Positions 16,241 through 28,880 of a stretch of DNA of 64,000 nt are shown one piece after another (within the stretch, counting starts at the first letter, position 1; each line of letters opens with the position of its first letter). Source of the stretch: the human T2T-CHM13v2.0 reference genome, Homo sapiens; the NCBI RefSeq assembly GCF_009914755.1, contig NC_060935.1. The stretch is one strand, 5' to 3'. The notes under the pieces are model-generated. The model saw nothing but the letters and a program-made list of their open reading frames with translations. It ran no database searches and was not told where the DNA came from. Position numbers and translations under genes: made by a program.

Positions 16241-16415
16241 ATTAGCCAGGAGGTAGTGGTGCATGCTCATAGTCCCAGCTACTCGGGAGGCTGAGCGGGG
16301 AGGATCACTTGAGCCCAGCAGTTTGAGGCTGCAGTGAGCTATGATCATGCTACTGCACTCCAGGCTGGGCTGGAGCAAGACCTCATCTCCAAAAAAATAG
16401 AAAAGAAAGAAAGAA
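16241..16415 (+). mobile_element. 5'-truncated AluJ/FRAM
   Basis: Right-arm sequence with J-type ggaggatcacttgagccc. TSD gaa(g/a)gcataaaa. Confidence 0.85.
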
Positions 16416-16589
16416 GAAAGCATAAAAGAGCTCAGGAATGGTGGGATTCAGCAATGTGTTGTGTAAATATTTGGAGTTTATTTATATGCGTGCACTCAGA
16501 AATGGACTTCACATCTGTATCCACAAAGACATATCAGGTGGCATCAGATACATCTGTATCCCAATTCATTATTGGGAGGATTGCTTTGT

Positions 16590-17032
16590 TCTTTTTCTTG
16601 ATCAGAACATCCCTTGGAGTATGGAGGTCAGTTCTGGATACCATACTTTGAGAGGGATATAGACAAAACTGGAGAGAGTTGGAGCTGATGCTCAACTGGT
16701 GAAAGGAATCACAGAGCTGAGAGCTCATGGGAAGACTTGGGGAAGACAGGAACACTGTCTTTAAGTATTTGAAGGTAACTGGAAGATGGATTAGACCCAG
16801 GGGTCAAAGTAGGAGGCTGCAGAGAGAAAGATCTTGGCTCATTGGAAGGAAGACATTTTTAACTCTCTGGGCTGCCCGATGTGGAATGGACAGCCTTGGG
16901 GATGGATTCCCATGAAGTAATGTCAGATAAACAAGGCAGGGATGGTGACTGCAGGATATAGACACTGAGAAGGTATGTTGACTTAAATCCTAACATCTCT
17001 TTCAACTCTCCAAAATGTATGATTTATGATTC
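16590..17032 (+). mobile_element. L3/CR1 LINE 3' fragment
   Basis: Contains cagttctggataccatactttgagagggatatagacaaaactgg and gtctttaagtatttgaagg. Ends in a tatgatt-type repeat. Confidence 0.65.
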
Positions 17033-18036
17033 TGGAATCTGTCTAAATTAACAAGGCATGTATAGAACATATGGCAGCTTTCTATTAATCAGAATGTTTG
17101 CTTAATGAAACAGTCCTTGGCATTGCTTGTAATGAAGGGTTTTTTGTACCTTTTAAAGTTCTGAGTACATAAACTTCTGCTTGTACTAAATACTGCTAAA
17201 CATGTGAGCTTGAGCTTTTGTATTTAGCTATTCTCCCAGGTCCTACAGAGTTGGTAAGTGGGCCACGTTGCAAACTCTTTTTAGCAATTCCACACTCCCC
17301 TTGACCACCTTGGTCACTGTAGGCAGGAGCTGCTGAAAGAGTTTGAACAAATTACATGATTTACTGATGCAGGCAACACACCTTGGAGGGAATTCACAGA
17401 CCCTTTGGGAAATGCTCTAGAAGCAGGTACACCCAGCAAGCCACAAGCTAGCGGAGGCCCGAGGTTAGATGTGGGTGACATTGGATGGAGGCTACCTTGT
17501 CCACTGTAAGGTCTAACCAGCCTTCAAGGCTAAGGTACACACACCTCAGAAGTGAAGAGAGGGGTCCCATGCAAGAGAGTATCATGGTTAGAGATGTTAT
17601 TCTGGAACCAGATTCCTTGGCAAATGACTTAACTTCTTTGCGTGTCAGTTTCCTGATCTGTGAAATAAAGACAATAATATTAGTACTTGGCTTATGGGAT
17701 TTTTGTGAGGATTAAAGGAACTGATAGGGATGTTCCAATGTCTTAGTGTAGTTTTAAGCCATATGCCCTTCAGAAGGATAAACACACAAACTTAGAAAAA
17801 ACATCATTTTAAATGAAATCAATTGAATATAATTAAAGCACTTTAGAAAAGAGCCTAGTCCATAGTGTGATTCACACTTTAGGAAACTCTTGTGTGCTGA
17901 GAAGCCAGTCCTGAAATCTCACAAAGGGAAGGTGTTCACTAGATAGTGTCAAGATAGTAGAAAGGAGAAAGACAGAGAAAGGATACAGAAAGGAGAAAAG
18001 AAAGATAGAGAAAGGAGATAATAAAACTAGGTTCCT

Positions 18037-18291
18037 GCTGGGCGCGGCTGCTCACGCCTGTAATCCCAGCACTTTGGGAGGCCAAGACGGGCGAATCACC
18101 TGAGGTCAGGAATTCGAGATGAGCCTGGCCAACATGGTGAAACCTCATCTCTACTAAAAAATACAAAAAATTAGCCGGAAGTACTTGCTGGAACCCAGGA
18201 GGCGGAGGTTAGTGAGCCAAGATTGTGCCATTGCACTCCAGACAGGGTGACAGAATGAGACTCTGAAAAAAAAAGAAAGAAAGAAAGAAAG
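18037..18291 (+). mobile_element. AluS with internal deletion in the right arm
   Basis: ttagccgg is joined almost directly to gaacccaggaggcgg. TSD aaaactag(g/t)ttcct. Confidence 0.92.
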
Positions 18292-18347
18292 AAAACTAGT
18301 TTCCTAGAAGTTGCTTTCAGGCAGCATTTTTTGTACTTCTCTTAAGC

Positions 18348-18534
18348 CAGTGGTCCTCAAACTCGAGTGTGTATCAGAGTCTCTTGGAGGGCTTATTAAA
18401 ACCAGATTGTGAGGTCCAACTCCAGTGTGTCTGACTCAGTAGGGCTGAGGAGAGGCCCCTGAATTTGCCTTTCTAACAAGTTCCCAGGTGAAGTGATTGC
18501 TGATGGACTGGGGACTACATTTTGAGACCAACTG
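18348..18534. mobile_element. MER5A (hAT-Charlie)
   Basis: TIRs CAGTGGTCCTCAAAC and TTTGAGACCAACTG. Internal tttctaacaagttcccaggtga. Confidence 0.85.
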
Positions 18535-18813
18535 TTTTTGGGGAACAAATGGAGGAAGCTGGTCTGGTCTTCCACTCATCCTATCTTCTCTGGGGAGGGA
18601 GAAGATCAGGAGGCTGGGCCAGAGCAGGCTCTTCTCCACGCACAGGCAGGCTGTGGGTAGGCGATAACATAGGGCAAGAAACTCCCGAAGGCATGAGGCA
18701 CCAATGTGGATGGCTAGTGGGAGCAAGCAACCCAGGGCCCCAGAGGTGGACCTAGCAGCAAAGATGGTGACCCTCCAAGGCAGGTTCTGGCAACACGTCT
18801 GAGAACATGCAGT

Positions 18814-19232
18814 TGTGATGGTTGATCTTATGGTCTAGCGAGGCCATGATACCTAGATCTTTGGTCAAACATTATTTTAGATGTTTCAATGAAGGTCTTT
18901 TTTCTTGTTGTTGTTGAGATGAGACTACCATTTGAATCAGTAGATTGCATAATGCAGATTACCTTGCATGATGTGGGTAGGCCTCATGCAATCAGTGGAA
19001 GGCCTTCAGAGAAAAAGGCATGTCCCCAGAAGAAGAGGGAATTCTGCCAGTGAACTGCCTTTGGACTTGAACCACAACTCTTCTCAGAGTCTCCAGCCTG
19101 CTGGCCTATATCATCAGATTGTGGGCTCGCTGTACCTCCACAACTGCATGAGCCAGTTCCTTAAAACAAATCTTTCTGTCCATATATAGCATCCTGTTCA
19201 TTCTGCTTCTCTGGAGCACCCTGACTAATGCT
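18814..19232 (+). mobile_element. MLT2-family (ERVL) solo LTR
   Basis: tgtgatggtt...gaagagggaattctgcc...ctctggagcaccctgactaatg. Confidence 0.8.
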
Positions 19233-19676
19233 ATACTCCTTGGGATGTGGCCACTGGCATCTTAGGAATGCACATGAAATAACACGTGGTGTTATTTAAA
19301 CTGATCTCACTTGGTGTGGGTCAAAGAAAAGAAGCTGGTGTTGTGGGGGCCACATCTCTAATGACAAAGGGACAGGCACCAGTTTGGTGTTTTTCTAACA
19401 AGTGATGCACTTTTTTATTTTTATTTTGGGATACTTACTCAGCACTTTCAGCTTCAAAGTGCTCTGCAAGAAGTAATTAAAATATCCTTACAACAGAGCA
19501 AGGAGGCAGTGGGTGTTATTACCATTTAATGTCTGGTAAGACTGAGGTGGTAAATTTGTGACACCTTTGAAGATGTGGATGGAGACCAAACCCTGGACTC
19601 CCTGACACCTAAGTCTGTGTCTCCTATCAGGCCTTGCTTCTTCTGAAGAAAGTTGCAGCATCAAAATTCTTCTTCT

Positions 19677-19960
19677 TTTTTTTTTTTTTTTGAGACAGGG
19701 TCTCACTCTGCTGCCCAGGCTGGAGTGCAGTGGCACAGTCATAGCTCGCTACAACCTCAGCCTCCCCAGGTTCAGATGATCCTTCCACTTCAGCCTCCTA
19801 AGTAGCTGGGACTACAAGGATGAGCCACCACACCTGACTAATTTTTGTATTTTTGGTAGAGATGGGGTTTTGCCATATTGCCCAGGCTGGTCTCGAATTC
19901 CTGGGCTCAAGTGACCTCCCAAAATGCTGGGATTACAGGAGTGAGCCACCACACCTGGCC
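19677..19960 (-). mobile_element. AluJ/S
   Basis: Dimeric Alu, antisense. Confidence 0.92.
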
Positions 19961-21130
19961 AGGAGATATTGGAAATACTCTGCATATATTACCTCATTCA
20001 GTTCTTCCAACAACCCCGTGTAGCAGATGAGATTATCAGTCACACTTCACAGACAACAAACTAAAACTCAAGAGGTTAAAACATTTTTTCAAGGTAGCAC
20101 AGCTGGGAAGAGAGTGCTGGGGTTTGAACTCAGGTCTTATTTGCTCTAAATCCCATACCTGTACCACCACACTCTAATGCTTTAGATGAATACTGAGAAT
20201 CCATTGGGGAGCTTCAAGGCCAATGATTCAGAGGATTAGAGATTTTGAGCACTCTTAGATTGTAATCAACACAAGGGCAAGGACCTGAGCTGGCTTGCTC
20301 ACTATTGCCCAGTGCTTAGCACAGAGTCTAATGCCCACAGGCACTCGGTAAATATTTATTACATAAATGAATGAATGGAAGACTGCTTTGGAAACTTCCT
20401 GGAAAAATGCATCGAGAATAAATAAGGCAGCTTTTTCTAATTTTTAAAAAAGTTGCAAATATTTTGGTGCTCCAAGAATGAGGGAAGCCCCAAAGACATC
20501 CATGCAGGTCTACTGTAAAAATTCACACAGCCCATTTCAGTCCTCCTCTGGCCCATCTGCAAGCTTCAACCCAAATGATCTCTTCCTAAACTGAATACCA
20601 GTTTTAAAAGGATAAGAAGGGTGTTTATTGGGTTATCAACAAAGGAGAGATTGGCCAGCTTCTGTTTGCCCACCCTAGTCCTTGGGTAGAAGGCTGTTAC
20701 GGGTTTTTTCATGCTTCCCTTTGCATTGGATGTGGTTTATGGGGGACTCGGTGTTAGTGGATTTTCCTGGAGAGTATTTTGTTTGGATAGGTTAGCATAT
20801 TTTATCTCCCAGGAAAACTGGAGAAAGAGTATTGAGATTCAATTTGTCATGCTAACAGGATGAAATGATATGTACTATGATAGCACAGTCTATGACAAGG
20901 ACCTGAACTCTTTTTATAGTGTTTCTCCCCAATTTCTGTTCATCAAAGCAGAATCACCTCTGCCCTCACCCACTTCCCCAGCTTGTAACCTGCGAATCCA
21001 GAGGCTTCTCTCTCGTTGCCTTATTCCTTCCTAAGAGCCAGGTAGCTTACCTGTTACTCATTCAGCTACATTCTCTCACTAGGTGGGGCTGACTTGAATA
21101 AAATTATTTTTGATTAATAGTGTATTTTAA

Positions 21131-21457
<327 letters not shown>

Positions 21458-21469
21458 TAAATTAATGAA

Positions 21470-21700
21470 TATTTATTGTGGTAAAATATACATAAAATTT
21501 ACCATTTTAACTATTTTAAGTATGCAATTCAGTAACATGAATTATATTCACATTGTTGTACAAACATTACCACCATCTATCTCCCAAAATTTTTCATCAT
21601 CCCAAATTGAAACTCTGTACCTATTAAATGGCAACTCCCCATTGCCTTCCTTCCCCAGGCCTTGGTAATCACTATTCTACTTTATGTCTCTATGAATTTG
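21470..21700 (-). mobile_element. L1MB-type 3' end fragment
   Basis: attgtggtaaaatatacataaaatttaccattttaac...ggtaatcactattctactttatgtctctatgaatttg. Confidence 0.8.
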
Positions 21701-22127
21701 TCTTTTAGTTAATTTTTTATCTCTCTTATCTTTAGTTTTGAATGGCTACTAGTAAGTGCCAAGCCTGGGTGAATGGTTATAAAGATCATCCATGCTCTGG
21801 GGAGATGGGACGCCTTTTTCTGTTATCCAGGAGGGAAGATTGGGTTCAGATGACAGAAGATGGAAGAGAGAAAATAAGATGCACTGAGTAACCTCTCTGA
21901 GTTAGGCCTCGGCACACACTCTCCTACAAAGGATCTAGTGTCATATATAAGGGGCTGAGGAGGAACTTAGAATGGCAGTGTGACTTGCCCAAGGTTGAAA
22001 GTACAGAGCTGGGATTTGAACTCGTGTCTGACTCCTAGTCCAGTGCTTTTCCTTTCCTCCCCCCATCCCCCACAATAACAGTTTTATTGCATAGCAGAAA
22101 ATGCATTCTTTAAAATATACATTGCAG

Positions 22128-22275
22128 AGCTGAGCTTTGTGGTTTGTGCCTGTGATCCCAGCTATTCAGGTGGCTGAGGCAGGAGGATCACTTGAGCCTT
22201 AGAATTCAAGGCTGTGGTGAGCTATGATTGGGCTACTGCACTCCAACAACAGAGCAGACCCTGTCTCTAAAAAAA
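22128..22275 (+). mobile_element. Monomeric Alu (FRAM/FAM-like)
   Basis: Single old Alu arm with A-tail. Confidence 0.8.
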
Positions 22276-22425
22276 GTGAAAATGAAAAAGGATACAATTC
22301 AGTAGTTTTTAGTGTATTAATAATTTTATGCAACTATTATCACTAACTTTAGAATATTTTCCTCACCCTAAAAAAAACCCCATACTTGTTAGCAATCAAT
22401 CTCCATCCCCCAAGCATCTGGCAAC

Positions 22426-22448
22426 CTTTCTTTCTTTCTTTTCTTTTT

Positions 22449-22544
<96 letters not shown>

Positions 22545-22598
22545 TTCCCTTCCTTCCTTCCTTCCTTCTTTCCTTTTCTTTTCTTTCTTTCTTTCTTT
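22426..22598 (+). repeat. (TTTC)n microsatellite
   Basis: Long near-perfect CTTT array with degenerate flanks. Confidence 0.98.
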
Positions 22599-23903
22599 CG
22601 AGTGCTTTACTCCCTTTTATTGCTGAATAATATTTTATTGTATGAATATATCACATTTAAAATGTATTCATCAATTGATGAACATTTGAGTTGTTTCTGC
22701 TTTTTGGCTATTAAGAATAATGCTTCTATGAACATTTGTGTACAAGTTCCTGTGTAAACATATGTTTTTATTTATCTTGCATAGATACCTAGGAGTGGAA
22801 TTGCCACTTTTATTTTGAGAAACTTCCAAACTGTTTTTCAAAGTTTTCCATCAGCAGTGTGTGAAAGTCCCGATTTCTCTGAATTCTTGCTAACATTTGT
22901 CATTGTCTGTCATTTTGATTTTAGCCATCCTGGAGGATATGAAGTATTATCTCATTGCAGTTGTGATTTGCATTTCCCTAATGGTTGATGATATTGAGCA
23001 TCTTTTAATATGGTAACTGGCCACTTGTATATCTTTTTTTTTTTTTGAGAGAAATGTCTATTTCCTTTGCATTTTTAAAAATTGGATTATTTGTCTTTTT
23101 ATTGTTGTAAGAGTTAAAGAACTGTATTTGATTTCTGGTTACAAATTCCTTATCAGATATATGATTTGCAAATATTTTCTCCCATTCTGGGGCTTGTCCT
23201 TTCACTTTCTTGACAGTGTCCTTGGAAGCACAAAATTGTTCAATTTTGATGAAGTATAATTTATTTACTTTTTCTTTTGTTGCTTGTGCTTTTGGTCCCT
23301 TATGTAGGGAGACCATTGCCTAATCCAAGGTTACAAATATTTGCTTCTATACTTTCGTCTAAAACTTCCTAGTTTTAGCTCTTACATTTAGGTCTATAAT
23401 TCCTTTTGATTTAATTTTTGTATATTATGTGAGATAGGGTTCCAGGTTCATTTTTTCTCTTACAGTCATCTAGTTGTTCCAGCACCTTTCATTGAAAAAT
23501 ATATTCTTTTCTCATTGAATTGTCTTGGCACCCTTGTCAAAATTAATTGGCTATACAGTAAATATAAGAGTTTATTTCTGAATTGTCAATTCTATTCCAT
23601 TAATCTGTGTGTGTATCCTTACGCCAAGTTATTATAATTTTGTAGTAAGTTTTAAAATTAGAAAGTGTGAGTCATCCAAGCTTGTTTTTCTTTTTCAAGA
23701 TCATTTGGGGTATTCTGGGTTCCTTGTATTTTCATGTTAATTTTAGGACCAGCCTGCTAATTTCTGCAAAAAAGACAGGTGAGATTTTGATAGGGATAGT
23801 GTGGGATCTGTTAATTGATTTGGATAGCATTATCATTTTAACATTATTAAGTCTTCCAATCCATGAGCATGGGATATCTTTCCATTTATTTAGGCCTTTA
23901 ATT

Positions 23904-26508
23904 ATTATTGTTTGCTCAGGATGGTTTGGCTACTCTGGGTCTTTTGTGGTTCATATACATTTTAGGATTATTTTTTCTATTTCTTTGAAGTATGTCATTA
24001 GTATTTTTATAGGCATTGCATTGAATCTATTGATTGCTTTGGGTAGTATGAACATTTTAACAATATTGATTTTTCAAATCCCTGAACACAGAATATCTTT
24101 CTATTTGTTTGTGTCTTCTTCAATTTGTTGCATCAGTGCTTTCTAGTTTTCTTTGTGGAAATCTTTCACTTTTTAATCTCATTTGTAGCTATTGTAAATG
24201 GGATTATTTTCTTTTTCAGACTGTTTGCTATTGGCATATAGAAATTCTACTGGTTTTTGTATGTTGATTTTGTATCCTGCAAATTTACTGAATTTGTTTA
24301 TCAGTTCTAATGTTTTTTTGGTGGAATCTTTAGGTTTTTCCAGATATAAGATAATATTGTCTGCAAACAAGGATAATTTACTTCTTCCTTTCTGATTTGG
24401 GTGCTCTTTCTTTCTCTTGCCTGATTGCTCTAGCTAGGACTTCCAGTATTATGTTGAATAACTGTGTTGAAAGTGGACATTCTTGTCTTGTTCCATATCT
24501 TAGAGGAAAAGCTTTCAGTTTTTCCCCATTTAGTATACTAGCTGTGGGTCTGTTGTATATGGCTTTTTTTGTGTTGAGGTATGTTTCTTCTATACACAGT
24601 TTTTTTGAGGGTTTTTATCATGAAGCAATGTTGAATTTTATCAAATGCTTTTCCAGCCTCAATTGAAGCGATCACGTTTTTTTGTCCTTTATTTTGTTGA
24701 TATAATGTATCAAATTAGTTGATTTACATGTGTTGAACCACTCTTGCATTCCTGGAATAAATCCCACTTGGTCATGATGAATGATCTTTTTAATGTGTTG
24801 CTGAATTTGGTTTGCTAGTATTTCGTTGAGAATTTTTGCATCAATATTCATAGGGGATATTGGCCCATAGGTTTTCTTTTTTTCTGATGTGTCTTTGTTT
24901 GGTTTTGGTATCAGGGTAATACCGGCCCCATAGAATGAGCTTGGAAGTGTTCTCTTCTCTATTTTTCAGGACAATTTGAGTAGAATTCATATTAGTTCTT
25001 CTTTAAATGTTTGGTAAAATTCAGCATTGAAGTTATTAGGTCCTGGGTTTTTCTTTGCTGGGAGACTTTTTATTATGGCTTTGATTTCATCACTTGTTTA
25101 TTAGTCTATTCAGGTTTTGGATTTCTTCATGGTTCAATCTTTGTACGATATGTGGATCTAGAAATTTATCTATTTCTTCTACGTTTTCCAATTTATTGGC
25201 ACATAGTTGTTCACATTTTTTCTGATTATGTCTTTAAGGATTCTTTGAATTTTGCAGTATTGGTTGTAATGTCTTCTTTTTCATCTTTAATTTTATTTAT
25301 TTGAGATTTCTCTCTTTTTTTCTTGGTCTGGCTAAAGTTTGTTGATTTTATTTATCTTTTCAAAAAACAACTTCTTGTTCTGTTGACGTTTTGTGTGTTT
25401 TTTTTGTTTCACTTTTATTTATTTGAGCTCTGATTTTTATTATTTCTTTTCTTTTACTAATTTTGGGTTTAATTTGTTCTTGCTTTTCTAGTTCTTTAAG
25501 ATGCATCATTAGGTTGTTTTTTTGAAGTTTTTCTATTTTTTTTAAAGTAGATGCTTATTGCTATAAACTTTCCTTAGTACTACTTTAGCTGTAACCCATA
25601 GATTTTGGTATGTTGTGTTTCCATTTTCATTTGTTTCAAGAAATTTTTTGATTTTCTTCTTAATTTCTTCATTGACCCACTGGTTATTCAGGAGCATATT
25701 GTTTAATTACTATGTATTTGTATAGTTTCCAATGTTCCTCTTGTTATTGATTTCTAGTATTATTCCACTGTGGTCAGAGAAGATACATGATATGATTTCA
25801 ATTTTTAAAAAATTTCTTAAGACTTGTTTTGTGGCCTAACATAGGGTCTATCCTTGAGAATTATCCATATGCTGAGGAGAAGACTGTGTATTCTGTAGCT
25901 GCTGGATGAAATGTTCTGCAAATATCTATTAGGTCCCTTTGGTTTATAGTGGAGATTAAGCCCAATGTGTCTTTGTTGATTTTCTGTCTGGAAGAGCTGT
26001 ACAATGCTGAAAGTGGGGTGATGGGGTCTCCAGCTATTATGTTTTGGGGTCTATCTCTCTCTTTAGCTGTAATAATATTTGTTTTATAGATCTGGCTGCT
26101 CCAGTGTTGGGTGAATATATAGCTATAATTGTTGTATCCTCTTGCTGAATTGACCACTTTGTCATTATATAATAATCAACTTTTTCTCTTTTTATAGTTT
26201 TTGTCTTGAAATCTAATTTTTCTGATACAAGTATAGCTACTTCTGCTATATTTTGGTTTTCATTTGCATGGAATATCTTTTTTCCATCCCTTTGTTTTCA
26301 GCCTATGTGTTTCTTTATAGGTGAAGTGTATTTCTTAAGCAACATATCATTAGGTCTTGTTTTTTTTTTAAATCTGTTTAGACTCTCTGTCTTTTGATTG
26401 AAAAGTTTTGTCTATTTGTATTCAGTATCATTATTGATAAATAAAGACTACTCCTGCCATTTTGTTTTTTGTTTTCTGGTTGTTTTGTGGTCTTCTCTTT
26501 CTTCTGTG
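23904..26508 (-). mobile_element. Nested L1MA/L1M2-type internal ORF2 fragment lacking a 3'UTR
   Basis: Runs from the ORF2 start (ATGGCAGGAGTA, minus strand ~26460) to gacccagagtagccaaaccatcctgagcaaa. Flanked by ggcct(t/a)taatt at 23893-23903 and 26509-26519. Confidence 0.75.
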
Positions 26509-27181
26509 GGCCTATAATTTTTTAAACAATATTTTGTAGTTTTCGGTGTCTGATTCTTGTACTTCTTTTGTTAAATTTATCCCTAAGTGTTTCATCCTTT
26601 AGAATACTATTATAAATGAAATTGCTTTCTTAATTGTATTTTTGATTGCCCATTGCTAGAGTATAGAAATACAATTTTAAAATGTATTTTCTTGTATCCT
26701 ACAATCTTGCTGAATTCAGTTAATAGTTCTAACAGTTTATTAAGGGATTACTTGGAATTTTCTATGGACAAGATAATGTCAACTGCAAATAAAGATAATT
26801 TTACTTCTTCCTTTCTAATCTGGAAGACTTTATTTCTTTTGCTTGCCTAATTGCCTTGGTTAGAACCACTTGTGCAATGTTGAATAGAAGTGGTAAAAAT
26901 GGCTATCCTTGTCCTCTTCCTGACCTTAGGGGGATAGCATTCAGTCTTTTCACCATTAAGCAAGTTGTTAACCATGGGTTTTTGATAGATGCCCTTTATC
27001 AAGTTGAGGAAGTTCCCTTTATTTCTAGTTTGTTGAATATTTTTTATAATAGAAGGATATTGGATTTTGTCAGATGCCTTTTCTCTATCCACTGAGATGA
27101 CCATGTGTTTCTTCTTTTATTCCATTAATATGGTATATTACAGTGATTGATTTCTGGATGTTAAACCAACCCTGCATTCCT

Positions 27182-27433
27182 GGGATAAGTTCCATTTGGT
27201 TATGGTATATAACCCTTTTTATGTAGTTCTAGACTTGGCCAGTGCTTTTTCACCAGCCACAGCTACATCTCATAGACTCTTTCCCAAAGCAAATCTCCTG
27301 TGGTGGTACTAGATCATATCTCTGATCTAAAAACTGCTAAGTGGCAAATGATAACGAAAAACTGAACACTATTCAGCTGGATTCCTCAGGAGGCCCCAGA
27401 AGCTTGATGAGACCAGCCACAAAAGTGGCTCAG
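27182..27433 (+). repeat. Donor of inverted dispersed duplication (partner 51791-52045)
   Basis: Its reverse complement aligns to 51791-52045 with about 14 differences by manual count. Confidence 0.97.
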
Positions 27434-28724
27434 GGGAAGCACTGAGATGCTGCTGCTATTTCTCTTCCAGTGTGTAAGAGAGCCATGTTCATGAATTGCA
27501 TTTGAGTTTAGTGAGCCAGTGTTCCAAATCTCCTATATCAATCCTATTTTCAAATTTCTGTAGTCTGAAATCAGACTACATGCCCTGTTTTTTAGCCTAG
27601 AAAACAGGTTCTCTGTTTGTCATTGTAGCCAGGCTGTCTAGATCTCAAGCCCAAATCACAGCAACATTCTGTAATGTGGATCATTATCCATGCTATGACT
27701 TGGGGAAGGGTCTAGCTTAAAGCAGATTCCCCCACTTCAGACTCTCAATTTTTCTACCTGGTTCTGCTTATCTGTTTTGTTTGCTTTTTAAATAATACAA
27801 ATAATTCAAGAGAAAAGACTCAGAAACCAAAGGGATAAAAATTTATTATAGCCAATTTCTGCTGCATATTAATGACTCCAATTATAGCACACGGCCAAAG
27901 ATACATCTGCAGTAAAGGGGGAAAAAGTCAGGAAATCATCTTGGAGCAAAATAATAGATAAAATCACAGCTGAAATGTGGTTTTAGGTTTGGAATTAAGT
28001 CAGTCGACTTCTCTGAGTTCATGGCTTTCCGTAGTAAACACCATCATTATGTATTGGTCTTATTTGCTAGATAAAGGAAGGAGGATAAAAATCCTGAGTT
28101 CTCTGTAAAAATTTACGGGTTTGGGGGCTGTCATATATCAGCCCTGACACCTTATCTCTCCGCTTCAAGTGTCCAAGAGGCTGGTGTTATGTGGCAGGTT
28201 TTATCTATCTTTCTAATGAGTTTGATGACAGCTTCACATTTGGGCACAAAATGGTGGTTTGAGTCTACTTTTCCCAACAGTCCGAGATGTTCCTGCACCA
28301 GTTCTAGAGGAAAACCTCCAAATGGCTAAGGATGTCCAGAACCTGCTATGCTCAGGAATAAAAGGTGCTCTCCCAAAGGCTTCCCCAGAGGTAGTGCAAT
28401 GTGGGAGGGAGGGTAGGCAAAAGTGGAGTTTCAAGTTCTCAGTCTCTTACGAGGTGGTCCCCTGGGGAGATTTACTTGAATTGGAGACTGGACCTCTGTT
28501 TCCTTCTCTCTAAAATTGAATTTACCTCCTGGGTTGCTGTGATGATTAAGTTAATGTCTGTGAGGCATTTATCAAGCATGTGAGCACACAGGAGGTGCTC
28601 AATACATGCTGATTTTATTCCTTTTTTCCTTCATTTGAGTCAAAAACACACTCTGCAGCCACTGATCCAGAGAAGAGTCAACAGAGTGGTGGCTGTGGGG
28701 TTGTAGCCATGAAACCAAGCAGGG

Positions 28725-28880
28725 CCACGTGAAGAGGTTCAGAGCATGGACTCTGGCACCAGAAAGCCTGAATTTTAATCCTGCCTCTACTACTTACTAG
28801 CTATGTGGCTTAGTGAAGGTCAGCTTACCTCTCTGAGCCTCAATTTTCTCATTTTAATGAAATGAATGACAATAGTATTT
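28725..28880 (+). mobile_element. MIR
   Basis: agagcatggactctgg...ttacctctctgagcctcaattttctc is the MIR core. Confidence 0.75.

Larger units (their letters stand above)
22075..27235 (-). mobile_element. Host L1 (L1MB/L1M4-type), pieces 22075-23903 and 26509-27235
   Basis: Antisense 3'UTR and ORF2 sequence. RT-region remnants such as ORF 26847-27104 ([15 protein letters not shown]). Confidence 0.8.

Noticed and set aside
22328-22757. Phe/Ser/Leu-rich membrane-like ORFs
   Set aside because: Translation of the (TTTC)n microsatellite.
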